Shown here piece after piece: positions 1-14,319 of a stretch of 64,000 bases of DNA. Each line of letters opens with the position of its first letter. The stretch's first letter is position 1. Origin of the DNA: Camelus ferus (taxonomy: Eukaryota); contig NC_045696.1 in NCBI RefSeq assembly GCF_009834535.1, positions 106,208,001 through 106,272,000 on the forward strand, given 5' to 3'. The notes beneath the pieces were generated by a model. The model was given only the letters and a program-made list of their open reading frames with translations, searched no databases and was not told the origin of the DNA. The position numbers and the translations under genes were made by a program.

Positions 1-117
1 GTGACCCCTAAGAGATGGGATACAAGAGAGGAGGTCATCTGAATGCCTAGCTGACTGCCCTGGGAGAGCTTCCAGGCCACAGAACTGGGATGAGAAACCC
101 AGGGATGAGGAACGTCA

Positions 118-2836
118 TTTTATAATAATAAAAGGGTCAATTTATCAAGAGGATGTTTCCTTCTTAAAGATTTATGCACTTCACAACAGAGTGCCAAAAT
201 ACACGTAGCAAAAACTGATCGAACTAAAAGGAAAAAAATATAGGTATATCCATAATCATACTCTGAAATTCAACAGACCTCTCTCAATAACTGACAGAAC
301 AAGTAGACAGAAAATCAATAAGGCTATAGAAGACTTGGAGAACATTATCTACCAACTTGATCTAACTGACATTCATAGAACACCCCACCCAGCAACAGCA
401 AGGATACACATTCTTTTCATGTGCACATGGACTATTTACCAAGATAGACCATATCCTGAGTCATAAAACAAGCCTCAATAAATTTAAAAGAATTCAAATT
501 ATACTGTATGTTCTCTGACACAATGAAATTAAAATAGAAATCAATCCCAGAAAGATCTCTGGAAAATTCCTAAATAGTTGAAAATAAATAATATACCTCT
601 AAATAACCGATGGAGCAAAGAAGATATCAAAAGAGAAATTAAAAAGTATTTTTAACCAAATAAAAATGAAACCACAACATATTATAATTTGTGGGACAGA
701 GCTAAATAAGTAGTTGGGGGAAATTATAGCACCAAAATGAACATCTTATTATTAAAAATGAAAAGTTCAAATCAATGACATCAGCTTCCACTTTAAGAAG
801 CTAGAAAAAGCAGAGAAAATTAAATCCAAAGTAGGCAGGCAAAAGGAAATAATAAACATTAGAGTAGAAATCAATAGGATCAAATGGGAAAAGTCAATGG
901 ACTCAAAAGCTGGTTCTTTGTGAAAATCAATGACGTTGATAAATCTCTAGCCAGGATTAGGAAAAAAGATGACACAAATTACTAATATTGGAAATGTGAG
1001 AGGTAACATCATTATGAATTCTACAGATATGAAAAGGATAATAAGAGAATATTAAGAACAACTTGATGTCAATACTTTTGTTAACTTTGATGAATTGATC
1101 AAGCTTTTGAAAGACACAAACTACAAAAGCTTACTGGAGAGTAGATAACCTGAATAGCCCTATATCTATTAAAGAAATTAAATCTGTAGTTAAAAATCTT
1201 CCCACAAAGAAAACTCCATGCCCAGATGTCTTCATAGATGAACTCTACTAAGCATATAAGGAAGAAATAATATCAATATTGTTCAAACTCTTCCAGAAAA
1301 TTGAAGAAGAGCGCATACTTGAGCGCATCTCAAGTCATTCTATAAAGCCAGCATTACTCATACATTACAAGAAAACTACAGACCGATACCTCTCAAGAAT
1401 ATAGACGCAACAATTCTAAACAAAATTTTAGCAAATCAAAGCCAATAATATACAAGAAGCCAACATACCATGATCAAGTGGGGTTTATCCCAGGAATACA
1501 ATTTTGGCTTAACACTGGAAAATTTAATCAATGTAATTTACCATATTAAAGATTAAAAAGAAAGCCTATACGATTATCTCAATAGATACAGAAAACACAT
1601 TTGACAAAAATCCAGCATCCTCTCCTGATAAAAACTCTCAGCAACTAGGAACAGAAAAGTATTTCCTCAACCTGATAAAGGTTATCTATAAAAACCTTAT
1701 GGCTAACATCACACTTAATGCTGAGAGACTAAAAGCTTTCACCCTAAGAGCAAGAACAAGACAAGTATGTGTTTAAGTCACAGAAATAAGACAAGAAAAA
1801 TAAATAGAAGCCATCCAGATTGGTAAGGAAGAAGTAAAACTATCTTTACTCATAGACACAATCATCTCTGTAGAAAATGCAATAGAATCTACAAAAAAGC
1901 CACTAGAACGAATAAGTAATTAGCAAGGATGTGGGTTACAATATATAAAATTCTATTGTATTTCTATATTTAGCAATAAACAATTGAAAACTGAAAATAA
2001 AAAACCAACATCATTTATAGTACAGAGGTAGGTATAAATCTGATAAAATATGTAAAAGGCCTATGCACTCAAAATTACAAAACAATTGATGAGAGAATTA
2101 AAGAAGACTTAAATAAATAAAAAAAGAGATACCACATTCATGGGTTGGAAGGCTCAACATTGTTAGGAATCAATTCTCCTCAAACTGATCCACAGATTCA
2201 ACACAATCTCAATCAAAATCTAGAATTTTAGAACATAACTGATTCTAAAATTCATATGGAAATGCAAATGACCTGGGCTAGCCAAAACAACTTTGAGAAA
2301 GAATGAAGCTGGAGATTTAACAGTACCTGATTTCAAGACTTATTATAAAGCTACAGTTATCAAGACAGTGTACTATTGGTGTTAAGATAGGGCAGTAGAT
2401 CAAACAAACAGAATATATGGACAACCAATTTTCATCAAAAGTACGAAAAAAGCGGTTCAGTGGGGAAAGTGCAATCTTTTCAACAAGTAATGCTCAGACA
2501 ACTGAATATCCATATATCAAAAAAAAAAATGAACTTTGTCTCATATGTCACACCATATACAGAAATTAATTCAGGGTAGATAATAAACCTAAATGTAAAA
2601 CCTAAAAACCATTAAACTAGAAGAAAACACGAGAAAACCTTTGTGGCCTTGGGTTAGGCAAAGATTTCTTAGACACAACACCAGAAGCATAATGCATAAA
2701 AGAACAAACTGATAAACTGAAATTCATCACAATTAGAAACTCTTGTGTTTGAAAGACACTGTTAAGAGAATGAAAAACAAGCCAAAGCATGGTGAAAAAA
2801 AATACTTGCAAATCACATATCTGATAGAGAACTTGC
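118..2836 (+). mobile_element. Degenerate LINE-1 ORF2 fragment (endonuclease to RT region), antisense to MRAS
   Basis: A-rich strand with recognisable L1 ORF2 segments (catgatcaagtggggtttatcccaggaat, tacctgatttcaagacttattataaagctacag); many stops and frameshifts. Confidence 0.92.
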
Positions 2837-2939
2837 AATCTGAGTGGTTTTCAAAGCTCCCCTTCTACAATGACATTCTATGATTAATGGCTCTTTGGTC
2901 TGAGACTCAGACAGTATAAATAGTCAGTAAGAATCTAGA

Positions 2940-3100
2940 ACAATGGTCCTCTAACTTCAGCATCACCTGGAGGGCTTGTTAAGACACAGATTGCTGGGCC
3001 CCACCCTCAGAATTTCTGAATCAGTAGGGCCTGAAAGTTTTCATTTCTGATAAGTTCCCTGCTGCTGCTGTTGGCCTGGCTCCTCAGTTTTAGAACTGCT
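2940..3100. mobile_element. MER5A-like hAT-Charlie DNA transposon relic
   Basis: catcacctggagggcttgttaagacacagattgctgggccccaccctcagaatttctga resembles the MER5A core. Confidence 0.75.
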
Positions 3101-3374
3101 AATCTGGACCAATTTAGACTAAACTAGAAACACGATGTCAGATGGAAGATCCTCCTCTACCCACCACTCCCAGAGATAATTACCAAATAAACTATGCTTA
3201 TGAAGAAAAAATTGATTTTCCTCCTTTTAATTAACTAGAGACATCTGTAAGTGTTAATCAGAGCTTCTGATCAGCGAGAAATAACAAACGTGACATCACT
3301 GAGCTGGCATGATTCTAGCGCTGCCTCTTTGTTGAATAACACACTTTGGTTTCCACAAAGCTGTTCATAATTCA

Positions 3375-3680
<306 letters not shown>

Positions 3681-4372
3681 TCAGACCTGCGGAGGCAAGA
3701 CACGTGGAATGAGGTGAGGGCTTTTTCCTCTCTGACTTAAGGGAAAATATTTATGGGCTTTCCTTCTTTCTTATAGAATAACAAATACTTCTAATTGTAG
3801 GAAGTTTTGAAGATGAAGAAATGTAAAAGAAAATAAAAATGTTACTCCTGGGCCCTCACCCAGAGACATTCACTGTTTAAATGATTTATTCAGTCATTTA
3901 CTGAAAACCAGCCATGTGCCAGGCCAAGTGTCAGGGACATGATACTACTAGACACCACATGGTCTTTAACCAGCCAAAAGTCAGGTCAAAGAAGGTTTTC
4001 CACCACTAAATTCCATCCTATACCTGTACAAGTAGACACGTGGGTGTTAGTCTGAGCAGGGAGAGCACAAAGTTTCACTTCTACATCAACTCTGGTCATT
4101 GGACTGCTGTACTGGAAAGAGTTGGAGGCTATCTGAGCTTAAAGGGAAAGAGGGCCTCAACAGCTTAGCACACCTGAGCTCAGGGCCTCTGAGTCCTTTT
4201 GACTCTTAGAATTCTGTGATTCTGGCTCCATTCTCTGGACTCCTTGTGCTTTATCATGCAGAAAGTCGTGCTAGAATCTCCTGACATCTGGTCAACCCCT
4301 GTTTTAGTTGGGGAGAAGGAAGAGGAAGATCAGGGATAAGTTTTATTTTGATGAAGTTGAGTCCAGCTAAGG

Positions 4373-4590
4373 CAGTGGTTCTCAACCAGGGGCAATTTTG
4401 TCCCCCAGGTATATCTGCAATGTCTGGAGATATTTTTGGTTGCCAAAACTAAGGGGGTGCTACCAATATCTAGTCAGCAGAGGCCAAGGATGCTGCTAAA
4501 CACCCTACGATGCACAGGACAACGCCCCCCACACCAACACATAGTCATCCATTCTGAAACGTCAATAGTGTCAAGGTTGAGAAACGTTGA
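4373..4590. mobile_element. MER20-like hAT-Charlie DNA transposon
   Basis: Starts cagtggttctcaaccaggggcaattttgtccccc and ends gtcaaggttgagaaac (terminal inverted repeats). Confidence 0.85.
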
Positions 4591-5690
4591 GCTCAGGTGA
4601 CTCAGTGGGGGCTAGAAATGTGGGACTGGGATTCTGAAGAACAGTTGAGCCTGAACAGATAAGGGCTGATTGTGAAGAGGCAATGGCAGCAAAGTGAAGA
4701 GTGACCTTTGGAAACTGCATCACAAAGTGACAAGGAGGAAAGGCAGGCAGGGAGCATGGAAGGAACACTCAGAAAAATAGGAGTGAAATCAGGATCTGTC
4801 ACCGTGATGGAAGCCTAGAGCTGCCAGGAGGAGGAGCTTGACAGCACCAAACACTGGTGGGGGATGCGAGGGAGAGTCCCCTAAAGAACAATGTGAGGGT
4901 GTTGGCAGGGACCTAAGCTGCTAACTGCAAACTCTGCTTGGGAGAAGTCAAAGCTGCGGTGGTGGGGGTGTCCTCCCTTCTCACAGAATAACAAATACTC
5001 CCAATCGTAGATAGTTTTGAGGATGAAGAAATGCAAAAGAAAATAAAAGTCTTACCCTCGGACCCTCACCCAGAGACAATAACTGTTAAAATGATTTATT
5101 CAATCATTTATTTAAACATCCTATTATGCACAGGACAGCCCCTGCCCTGTGCAGGGGCTCAGCGGACTGGAGAATGACGAACTGGGTGTCCTGTGTCTAT
5201 CACTGGTGCTTGTGAAGGCCACTGAGCTCTCTAGGCCATAGTTTCCATACCTATCAGATTAAAGGGCTGGGTTTTCAGAGTTGTTCTCAGCTCTGAAAGA
5301 GTCCTCAATTCTAGATTTTAACAGAAAGGGTGTTAGACACAAGTGTGGGTTATGTGGCCACGCTAATTTGCATGGGGCTACAGACAGGAGTCGTTGCATA
5401 ATCTTTTGCAGTTACTGAAGCTTGATGTTGACATTTAGGATTTCCCTGCAGGGGTGGGGGAAGTAGGCGCTTTTGTATACTGTGGGTGAGAGTGTAAATC
5501 TGTCCAAACAGGACTTGCATAAATGTATAAAGATTTAAATGCACATATCCTCTCTCGAAGCTATTCCACATGTGAGAATGTATTCTAAAGGTATAATCAG
5601 ACAAGTGTACAAAGATGTTAAGAACAGGGGGAAAATGGAAATAACTTAAATACTGGGGACGTGGGAGAAAGAAGTTGAAAGAGTATCCAT

Positions 5691-6164
5691 TGTGAACGAA
5701 AAATATTGCAAACCATATTAGTAAACAAAGAATGCTGAAGCCATCAAGTCAGCAGCTGCCTCCACCCTCCAGTGAAGACAAGCCTGCAGCCCAGCCTCTG
5801 CAGCCACTCACAATGGTGCACTCTGAGGGGACCCAATAAGAAAGGACAGGATACTGGCCCTAGATAGCTAGGTGCTTGTCAAAGGAATGAATTCAATGAG
5901 CCCAAGTGTTTGCTCCCTCCCATACATAGAAAAGCACTAAATTCTTTAACTTGAGATGTCTGGTTTCCTTCAGTTAACAAGTAATCTTTTAACGTTCTAA
6001 CTACCTGGTCTTTGTTGTAAAGCTCCTGTACATCCTAGCTCCTCCCCTACCTCTTCGGGGCAGTCCCTGAGAGCGATCTGGGAGGCTGTCATCCTGGCTC
6101 AAGTCCTCCTGCCAAATAAAACATAACTCTCAACTTTTAGGCTGTGCATTTATTTCAGTTGACA
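5691..6164 (+). mobile_element. Solo LTR, ERV1-class
   Basis: TG...CA termini with imperfect inverted ends (tgtgaacgaaaaata / tatttcagttgaca), 4-bp TSD ccat (5687-5690 and 6165-6168), and AATAAA near the 3' end. Confidence 0.8.
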
Positions 6165-6840
6165 CCATACAATGCAATGCTATGTGTCATTGAAAAGGAT
6201 GCTATCCACTAACCTAGAAAAAGCTTTTAATGTACATGGGGAAAAAAAAACAGGTTGGAAAACAGCACTTCCATGAGGTTACTCATCTATGAATCGACAT
6301 GTCTAGGTGTGTTTCTAGGCCTGGAGAAAATTGGCATGCAGCTGTCTCTTGGGCAGATTTGGGGGCACTTTCTCAAATTTTCAATTTTCTACAACAAGCA
6401 TGTATTATATTTGTGTATTGGAAAAGCTGAATAATATTCAAATGTTCCCACCAAATAAAATGTTCGGGCCTCCTGAAAACATGTGATTTCTCCCTCCTTC
6501 AAGTGGGGATTGAAGCCCCTCTGGTGCAGGAGAGAAGGACCAGGCGCCGGCTGAAGCCCCAGCATCTGGTTCCCCCCTCTCCCTAGGTGGGGATAATGGT
6601 AGGGATAACCTGTGGCTTTACTGAACAGAGATCTCCCACATAACAGAGCTGGTGGCCCAAAGGGGCCAGAAGGGAGTTGGAAGGAGACAGCAATGGGGAG
6701 AGGAGGGAAGGGGCCAGTTCCCTCCTCTTTGCCTCTTAGGTCAGGGGAGCACTGTGTCAGCTCCTCATTGTCCCTCCTTAACTGCTGGCTTGGGGTGGAC
6801 AGTGACAGTGGGCCAGGGGGAATGTGTCTGCCTGTGAAGA

Positions 6841-6960
6841 GGGGAGAGGTAATTAGGTTTATTTATTTATTTATTCTTAGAGGAGGTACTGGGGATTGAA
6901 CCCAGGACCTCATTTATACTAAGCAAGCCCTTTACCACTTGAGCTATATACTCTTCCCCA
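6841..6960 (-). mobile_element. tRNA-derived SINE
   Basis: ggggattgaacccaggacc (B box on the reverse strand) ... gagctata; same family as four other copies in the window. Confidence 0.85.
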
Positions 6961-6983
6961 AAGAGGCTCTTTTTAAAGCTCCC

Positions 6984-7197
6984 GTCCAAAGACACATAAA
7001 CTACAATGTAAAAAATAAATAAGCTACAAGGATATAATGTACAACACAGGGAATACAGCCAATATTTTATAATAACTTTAAAATGGAGTATAACCTATAA
7101 CAATTTTGAATCGCTACGTTGTACTCCTGAAGCTAACATAACATTGTAAATCAACGCTACCTCAATAAAACAATTACAATAAATATAAATTAAAAAC
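6984..7197 (+). mobile_element. 5'-truncated L1 3' end
   Basis: L1 3'UTR-type sequence with an A-rich tail, flanked by the direct repeat taaagctccc. Confidence 0.75.
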
Positions 7198-10100
7198 TAA
7201 AGCTCCCTTCTATTTTCTGCTGGCAGCAACATGAATAAAAAATACTAAGTGGGTAGGAAGGTATCGGGAAGGAAAATCGTTTCTTTTGATCTTCTCAAAA
7301 TCAGATAAGAAATATGTTAATGTGACAGAGGACCTGAATCCAACTTTTGAGGCGGGGCTCAGACCACCCACAGCAGAATCATCTGGGGATTTGATAAAAA
7401 AAAAAACTGCCCTCTGCTTGCCAAGCAAGGCAGCAGACAGGAAACGGTCAGATGGGGGGCCCCTTCCTCTGACAGCGCCCTGCTTCAGGGTTGAGCCCTG
7501 AGAGACCACAGGGAGCCAGTCAGGGCTCCCGCCCAACTCAGATTAATGGAACAGATTCAAGGGGTCAGAATGACTGTGCCCCTCATGGAGAAAAATCCTT
7601 TACTGCTTCCTGTAGCTGATGGGTCAAGTCCAGTCCCCTTCACTGGACATTCAAGGCTGTCACTGGCTGTCACCGCTGACCTCTCCAGGGTACCCATGCT
7701 GCAGGGGCACTACTCACGCTACTCACTTCCCCAACCAACTCTGTGCTCCCCAGGGTGCCCCGTGGTCACACAGAGCCCTCTACACACACATACCTCTCCA
7801 TGGGTCAGGCCCAGGCATTGCCTACCCTGGGACGTATCCCCTTCTACCCTGTGCCCAGCTGCTCCTGGGGCAGAGGCCACTATCACCCTTGAAGTCTTCT
7901 ACACGAACTGTGCACAAAAGGGCAGGCATACATCTTGTCCCTCCCTGTATCACCAAGGCCTGGTACAGCACCAGCGAGGACAGACTCCAGCTAGAGGAAC
8001 CTGAGGCCCAACAATGGCCTTTCTGAACAACTGTCAGACAACCCACTAGCCACAGCGCTGGCCTCCCCATGCAGAGGGCTTGGGAGCAGCTCTCCCGGCC
8101 AAGGGTTGGGACTGTCTCCCCTTTTCTCCCCAGTCAGACCAATCACAAAGATAAGACCCCTACTGGAAGCAAGCGTGAACCCAGGAGGAAAAGGAGGTTT
8201 GCGAGGGTGGGATAATGAGCCCAGAAAACCCCTCAGTCCATAAGGACTTTCAGCAATCTTCTCTGGATGGGTGTTTTTCCAGTCTTCAGCCTCCCCTGAA
8301 ATAATCCCAGACTAAATGATGTCTTTGTAAACAGGCAGGGCAGTCAAAATGCCAAGGGGCGTGCACCACCCTCCTACAAAATCGGCTGGTCTCACGTGGT
8401 GTGGAGAAAGTTTTTTTAAAAGTCACCCCAGGTGATGACAGAAGTCACCCAGGATAAAAAGCTGGTTGGTGATTAAGGAGCATACTGCCCCATTTACAAC
8501 ATCCCCCTCCTCCCCAGTCTGTTCAAATAGACCGCACCTTGGAGATCATCCAGAATGCTGGCTCTTCACCACTTGAGGGTCATGGATGGCCCCTGTGAGG
8601 TGAGAGGGTGGGAGAAGGTGGACCTGGGGCTGTCTTTAAAGTTTCCTCACCAAATTTCCACACTTGATATTCTCCTACTGACCAGTTGGGTGATCTTGGG
8701 CAAGTTACCGTTCACAGCCTCAGTTTTTTATTTGCAAGATGGGGTTGGTTAGAGAATCATCCTGTGCAGGATCACTTCAAGTATGCAATTAAAATGTATG
8801 AGATGTGCCCAGCTTAGAGAAAAAGAAGGTGCTCAAATGCTTGTTTTCTCGCCTCGTTTACTTTGTTCCCAGAAGGGATGGACCCACAGTCTCCCTCCCT
8901 CCCTCCACTCTGAGGCTCTACGATGCCCAGCCTCCTTTCCCTCCTCCATAAGAAGCCCCATTGCCACCTCAGCTCCCTTGCAGTCGGACTAAATAAGCCT
9001 GTGTGGGAATGTCACCCATCATTTAGAACATTGTTTCCATGGGAAATGGCTCTGAGGTTCCAGGCAGCCCGCTCCACTCAGAAACCAACTTTTGGAACAG
9101 AAGCCACAGGGCGGCGAAAGCAGCCAAGTGCTGGTTCCCATGGCAACCACGGCTCCCAGGCCCCTCCCAGTTCACAGCAACCCAAACCCCTGCTCATACT
9201 GGAAACGTCTTCCTAAAAGGCAAATATCCCTGTCTCGAAGATTTTAATAACGTGTATACGAAAACTTTAGGCATCTTCCCGTTGAGAAATAAGCTTTTTG
9301 GCTGCCTGGTTTCCCGTTCCCTTTCTTTCCCCACGGTCAGCATCACCTTGCCTGGTCTGGAGTTGTTTCCTGAATGGCAGATTCACCTCCCCCAGCAACT
9401 TGGAAGTTCCACGAGGACAAAAGCCATGTCTCCTCATTCCCTTGCCTCTCACAGGGCCAGGCAGGGCCTAACATGTGGGAGCCTCAGGGCGTATTCACTG
9501 ACAGACTACTTGATGCTGCCCAAAGCAGCCTTCCACCCACCCAGCCCTCCCTTGGGCCAAGAAGCAGGGAGTGACACCCACCCTTCTAACAGGGGCAGGC
9601 TCATGCCCCCAGGATGTGGGGTGCTAGGTGGACCCATTACCCCAGAATAACCTTTTCACCCAGCAATTTTCAAATGTGCTTCGAGGGAGGTCCTGATACC
9701 TCCTGAGAAGTCTTACGCAAAGTCCCCTCTGTTTTCAGGGAGGCAGCTTGGGGTGGGGGTGGGGTCAGAATAGCCTTGGACTCTGCAGCCAGAGTGCTTG
9801 AGCTCCCCCACTTTGTCTCTAATACGGACTCCTTGTGTGACCTGGAGTAAGTTTCTTAACTTCCAGTGGCCTGTTTCCCTGTCTATAAAACAGAACAGGA
9901 TCCTCAAGACTGTGTAAGGCCTGAGTGGGGGAAAAAACTGGAAGGTCCCCCCAGTAAGGTCATATCTGTACTAATATGCAAAGTAGTTGGGTCCCTGGTC
10001 TCCTTCCAACGTGGTACATTTCAGAGATTGGAGTCCCTTGCCTGCCCCATCCACAGCCCTAAGGGCCCCTGCACCCCAGAGGACCCAATATAGTAACAGA

Positions 10101-13100
10101 CGCAAACGCTTAGTGGTCAGCCCAAAGCCTCTCCAAAGATGATACCAATTTAATTGAAGGTTTAGTGGTCACTGCTTTTTGCTTCTCTATTGCTATACTA
10201 ATCATTTTAAAGACCCCCCCTCGCCCATCAGTCGAACTACAAGTTGTTTGGTAAATAAAGCTGGAAGAAGGGGGCACATTCACTAATGGAGCTCTTTGGA
10301 GAGTGAAAGGACTTTACAAACATTGAGCTGAATCAGCCCTGGGAAGCTAATCTCATCTGTGTGATGTCTGGGTGTGCCCAGCTCAGGGGGATGAGGATAC
10401 ACTGGGGGAGTGACCCAACCCCTGTGGAGGAAATGGCTCTGCATTCCAGGAGCTGCCCTTCCCTTCTGCACAATTCCCAGAAATGGGCAGCTTCCCTAGG
10501 GCTGCTGATTTGCAGGCTAGGCATAAATGGTGTGCAGCCCCGCCAGGGGTCTCAGCCACTTGGCATCTCTAAGGATCCACTCTCCCCTCCCCAGACTTTG
10601 CTCCAGCCTTTTGTCTCCCATCTTTGCTAATCCAAACCCAGAACTGTCACTGCCTCACCCAGCTCCTCCAGGAAGCCACCAGTGCATTCAGCTCACTTCA
10701 TTAGCAAGAACTGTGTTGTGTCATTTTCTGCTGTACAGGACCTTAAACATCATCAGGTCTAGATGGTAAGTAGGTGGCAAGGGTGCTGTCCCTCCCATTC
10801 CCAGAGCCATGGTGGACATCAGTCCATCATGGTCCTCTTTCCTATTCAGTCTTAGAACCCTTTTCAATGCAGCACCCTTGGCAGCCAGAACCAGGTGACT
10901 GGTCCAGAGAGGAAACTTGTTTGGCATCCCAGATCTAACCCACTGCTCCTTAGGTTCCCTCCAAAACATCCCACCTCCTGGCCAGCCTGTTCCATGGGAA
11001 GGGCTCCGGACCTTCAGGGGACCTTCAGGGGAGCCTGCCTGACTCTCTCTGGAGAACTCTGTTAGCCAATCTTTTGCTAGGCGTGGTGTCTGGCCCATAG
11101 GGCATGCTCAGTAAACATCAGGTAGTTTAATACATCAGCCCCTACTTTTCTACCCCATCAAATCCAAGCTCCTCTGCCAGGATTACACCTGGACTGCTGG
11201 CAGCAGAGCAGAAATGATCAGACAGGAATTCAGAGATCCAACCAAGGGCCAAAGCTTGAAGTAAGCCAGGGACAAAATGTCCTTGGCCTTAGTCACAAAC
11301 CCCAAGTACCACATGCTTCCTATATCACAACTGTTAACACTTGGGTCTTACTTGCTAGTGTGTGAGTGCCACCTGACGGAGCCTGGAGCTGAGCCAAGCA
11401 CGACCCAGCACTGAGTCCCAGAGGAGGTGTGCAGAAATGACCTGCTGTAATGATTACAACAGTGATCATGTTAAAAATAATAGAAGCCCTTCATTTACGC
11501 AATGTGTCTGGTGCTGTTGGAAGATTTTTATCAAATTAACTTTGAATTTGCCTAACAACCCTGTGAGAGATAACTTTGTCCCTATTTTATAGTTGAAGAG
11601 ACTGAGACACAAAGAAGTAAAATACCTTTTCTAAGGTCATCCAGCCGGAAAGCAGTGGTGCCAGGAGCTGAAACCACATAGTGTGGCTCCAGAGCCTGCG
11701 GCCAGCTCATCAGGCTAGACAGCCTCTCGTGTCTGGCAGGGTGGTGGGAGGGTGCAGGGCTCAGCCAGGCCAGAGGCAGCAGATCCAAAAGCACTGAGAA
11801 CAGGTCAGCAGTGAGCCAGGGATGTGGTGTCAGAGTCAGGGAGGCCTTCAAGGCCAGACTGCTGCCCCTGTGAGAGGAGAAGCTGAGCAGGTCAGGGCCT
11901 AAGAAGTACCCAGGGTGAATACTAGTCACTGGGAACAGACACGTCCCTGCACCCATCCCAACTGGGACAGAGTCTGCCAATGAGGACACAGGTCTGGTAC
12001 TGCCAAGTGTTCCTGCCCTGAGGACCAGGGAGGAGGCTAAGGGATCAGGCAGGTGTCCAGCATGGTGGGAGCGCCAGGGGGGCTCTAAGACCTCATTTTC
12101 CAGCACCCCTGTTTGGGTTCCTCCCCACTGTGCTGGTCCCCGCCCCTACCCCAGCCCATCTCCTTGTTGTCCTGCAGGTAGGCTGCTCCCTGCCCAGCCT
12201 GGGGCCAGCCCCTCCCTGGAACTCTTCACCAAGGAGCTTGAGCTATGAACTCACACAGCTGCTTCCTTAGGCATGTTTCTTGCCTTCTGTGCCTCGGTTT
12301 TCTCTACTGTAAAGGTAGGGACAGTGTATGCCTTACAGTAGTCATGATAGCTACATTTATTTGCTTGGCCTCGTGTCTGGCCCATAGAGTACTCAATAAA
12401 CATCTGGTCGTTACCAAACTCCTTTGAAGTCCATCCCAAGTCCCTCCTCCTGCAGAGAGCCCTCCAGGCTCTCCAGAGTTCTTCCTGAGCTTGTGGCCTG
12501 CAAACTGGCTGCTTCACAGATGACAACTCAACAGAACTCAACCCCTCACTACTCCCTCCTTGGAGTGCTCTCCTGCTCACATGCGTGCTGGTCTCAGCTC
12601 CCCCATTCTGCCTTGTGGGGCAGGATCCCTGCAGCAGTGCTGTAGGACAGCAAGCCCCCGAATGCCATTGACCCAACAATGGAGGAGATTTAAGCCCGTC
12701 AAAGGCATTTCCTCAAATATGCAGGAGATGCTCGTTCACTGAATAGACCAAGGCAGATACCAAATTGCTGGGAACTCATAATTAAATACAGTTTCCCTCT
12801 CTGGACTTTAAATCCAGAAGCACTCTCCATCATAAAACCTAGCCTCTTTCTCTCTCTGGGTTTCTACTGGTTTGCTGGGTTTATCCTTGGAAAGAAAACC
12901 TAACAGGACACATGACATGAAAAAGGACCAAGTTTTAACTGAGCCCAGAGGAAAATGATCCAGGAGGACAGTGGACAGGCCACCAATGAGGCCACTCTTC
13001 CCTCCATGCACACAGAGTTCTCAGCGCCAGGAGACTTGCATATCCAGTAAATGTTCCCAGAGCATCTCCAGTGTGCTGGGGCCTGGGGCCTGGGGCCTGG

Positions 13101-14070
13101 GGCCTGGGGAGACGGAGATGAATGAGCCCCAGCCCCTTACCTTGGGGTTCACAGCATGTATAGGGGGAGGAGCAGGCAGAGGGTTACAGAACATAGGCTA
13201 AATGGGAGCATGAGGGGAGCAGCGGTGTGGGGGCATCTCACCCAGCCTGGGGACACTGCAGAAGGCTTCCTGGTGGAGGCAATGCCAAAATGGAGTCTTG
13301 GAAGCCAAGTAGGTATCAGCTAAGGTGAATGACAGGGACAAGTGAATCCCAGGGGAGGACGAGAAGTTGCAAAGGTGTAAAGCACGGAGGTGTGAACCAA
13401 GGAGATGCCAAGTGCTGCCAGCAATACTCTGTGACTCGAGTGCAGAATACATGACGTGTGCGGTGGGGGTGGGGTGAGGGTGGTCAGGGAGCAGGGAGGA
13501 CCTATTGTTGGCTCCCTGACAACTAGAGATGTTCATCTTTGTATCCCTAGCGCTAAGCACAGTGCCTGGCACTCGGCAGCTGCTCAACAGCATCAAATGA
13601 CGAAGGAACAAGTGCCGGGGCTGCAGGGTGAGGCTGGGGGGAGCACAGGGGGCCCACACGACCTCTGATCCCCTCTCCCCACAGGCGTGCCCTGCAGGCT
13701 TGCTGGAAGGTGGCCCAATCCATCAGGCCCACAACTCTTTCTGATGACTGCAGTGAAGTTAACCAGCCAGAAAAGCCCAGTGGAGACTGGACAACTTGCA
13801 CAGGACAAACTCAAGTCTCCAGAAGCTCAGAGGAGAGGGGAGCAGACGGGAAAGGTCTGCAGGCTCAGGTGGCGGCAGGAAGGTCACGCAGGTGGAATGG
13901 GCACAGCCACCACGGCCTCAAGGGAGAACTATGTGGGGTGGCATTTGGTTCCCCTTTTCGACCAGCAGGCAGCAGAGTCAGAGACGTGAAGGCATGTGCC
14001 TGAGGGCACAGATGGAAAAGGGCGAAGCTGGGATTTGGCACCCAGACCTGACAACTAAAAACTAAAACTC

Positions 14071-14319
14071 AGTTGGGATTAGCAGATACACATTACTGTA
14101 TATAAAATAGATAATCAACAAGGACCTACTGTACTGCACAGGGAACTGTATTCAATTTCTTGTAACAAGCTGTAATGGAAAAGATTCTGAAAAAACATAT
14201 ATATATAAAAATATATATATAATAGATGTATATGTATAACTGAATCGCTTTGCTGTACACCTGAAACTAACTTGTAAACTGACTACACTTCAATAAAAAA
14301 TAAGAATTAAAAAAAAAAA
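14071..14319 (+). mobile_element. 5'-truncated L1 3' end with poly(A) and TSD
   Basis: acaaggacctactgtactgcacagggaact ... gactacacttcaataaaaaa; TSD aaaactaaaactc on both sides. Confidence 0.85.
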
